Shown here: positions 62,681 through 64,000 of the stretch, piece by piece
Position numbering within the stretch: the first letter of the stretch is position 1
Layout: each line of letters begins with the position of its first letter
Source: Malacoraja senta
Lineage: Eukaryota
Assembly: GCA_038087875.1 (NCBI GenBank)
Contig: CM075989.1
Coordinates: 1,984,001-2,048,000, forward strand
Reading direction: 5' to 3'
Length of the DNA: 64,000 nucleotides
Position numbers and translations under genes: made by a program
The notes under the pieces: model-generated
What the model was told of the DNA's origin: nothing
What the model saw: only the letters and a program-made list of their open reading frames with translations
Database searches by the model: none

Positions 62681-63589
62681 CATTTATTTATTGACTAATA
62701 TTGCATGAGGCAAGTGTCACTGACAGGGAATGCCGGTGAGGGTCGGCCACATATAATCGCCCATCCTAATTACTATTGCACCACAGCACCCGTCTTATGT
62801 TAATGCGGACGGGCTTGCAGCTTCCGGGTGGCCAGGGTTATGGGGAGAAGGCAGGAGAATGGGGTTGAGTCGGAAAGTTAGATCAGCCATGGTTGAATTG
62901 CAGAGTCGACTTGTTGGGCCGAATGGCCTAATTCTGGTCCTATAACTTAATGACCATATGAATTCATGAATGTGGCAGTGATGAAGAAATGGTGATATGT
63001 TTTCAAGTCTGATTGGTTCGCTCGCTGGTGTGTCAGACAACGTTCTTGCATCGCTTTGCCGCAGCCAGTGCCACATCTGTGCCTCTGTGGAGATGGTCCA
63101 CAGTGCCTGCCTCTCTGCCCCAAGTCAGTAGGTGGGCCGTTGTCTGTACCTCTCTGATTGGTATACAAGTGGAGGAAGCGATGGCTGGTGGTGTTCCCAT
63201 GTGCCTGCTGCCCTTGTCCTTGTTGGTAGAGGAGCCGGGTTTTGGGCGATGGGATGGGAGTAGTGTGGGTGAGTAACTGTACATGCTGTGGCCACAGTGT
63301 ATGGTGAAGAGGTTCAGTCGACATTTGCTGCTGACAGTGGCACTTCCTTACTGAGAAAAACCCGAGATGGATGAGTTTGCATCTCCAGTTTGCGGATGTG
63401 ACGGGGTTGTACACACAACATGCACAGGTTCCGGTGAGTGAGCCGTGTGCGGAGAGGGGAATGCCGGTGACGATTGGCCACATCCCCACAGCCGGCCTGG
63501 CTCCTGCACCTCGCAACCCGAGATATGTCACGTAGCGACAGAAAACTCCTGAGATGGAACTTGGTGGAATTATCCAGTGGGCGGGCCGC

Positions 63590-64000
63590 CGAGAGTGGGG
63601 GGGGGGGGGGGAACAGGAGTGAGAGGGGGGGGTCGCCAAGAGTGAGGGGGGGCCATCGAGAGTGAGGGGGGGTGCCGAGAGTAAGTGGGGGAGCACCGGG
63701 AGTGAGGGGGGGGGCACTGAGAGTAAGCGGGGGTGCATTTAGAGTGGGGGGGGCCAAGAGTGATGGGGGGGCACCAATGGTGAAGGGGCCACCGAGAGTG
63801 AGGATGGGGGGTGGCGAGAAGGAGGGGGTGCATTGAGAGGGAGGGGGGGGCACCAATGGTGAAGGGGCCACCGAGAGTGAGGATGGGGGGTGGCGAGAAG
63901 GAGGGGGTGCATTGAGAGGGAGGGGGGGGCGGGGCACCAAGTGTGAGGGGGGGGGCACCGAGAATGAGGAGGAGGTTGCCGTGAGTGAGGGGGGTGGCCG
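63590..64000. repeat. G-rich minisatellite (gagagtgaggggg..cacc), runs off the window
   Basis: ~20-bp units with a larger ~78-bp internal duplication. Confidence 0.88.

Noticed and set aside
62947..63958. Pro-rich minus-strand ORFs
   Set aside because: C-rich minisatellite plus an old LINE relic

Overview
Repeat-dominated vertebrate genomic DNA, most likely a cartilaginous fish (skate, ray or shark), judged from abundant HE1-type V-SINEs and their partner HER1/CR1 LINEs. No host gene is recognisable, so this looks like a large intron or gene desert. The only long real ORF is a young CR1 ORF2 (APE endonuclease + RT, 49653-52451) preceded by the tail of an SGNH-esterase ORF1. Other contents: ~25 CR1 fragments, ~25 HE1 SINEs, L1, Rex1/Babar and RTE relics, four PIF/Harbinger MITEs (TTA target), a hAT MITE, a non-autonomous Helitron, a teleost-like (AFC-type) SINE and simple repeats. 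The most striking signal is ~30 short Penelope-like (PLE) terminal units carrying a minimal hammerhead-ribozyme motif (CTGAAGA-A-stem II-GAAACGTC). Many inserted as ~100-270 bp inverted or single units with 9-15 bp TSDs. Also noted: two TE-independent fold-back structures, a SINE-like family with swapped LINE tails, and AT-rich unique islands that may be conserved enhancers. Family names come from remembered consensus features, not database searches, and most repeat boundaries are approximate.
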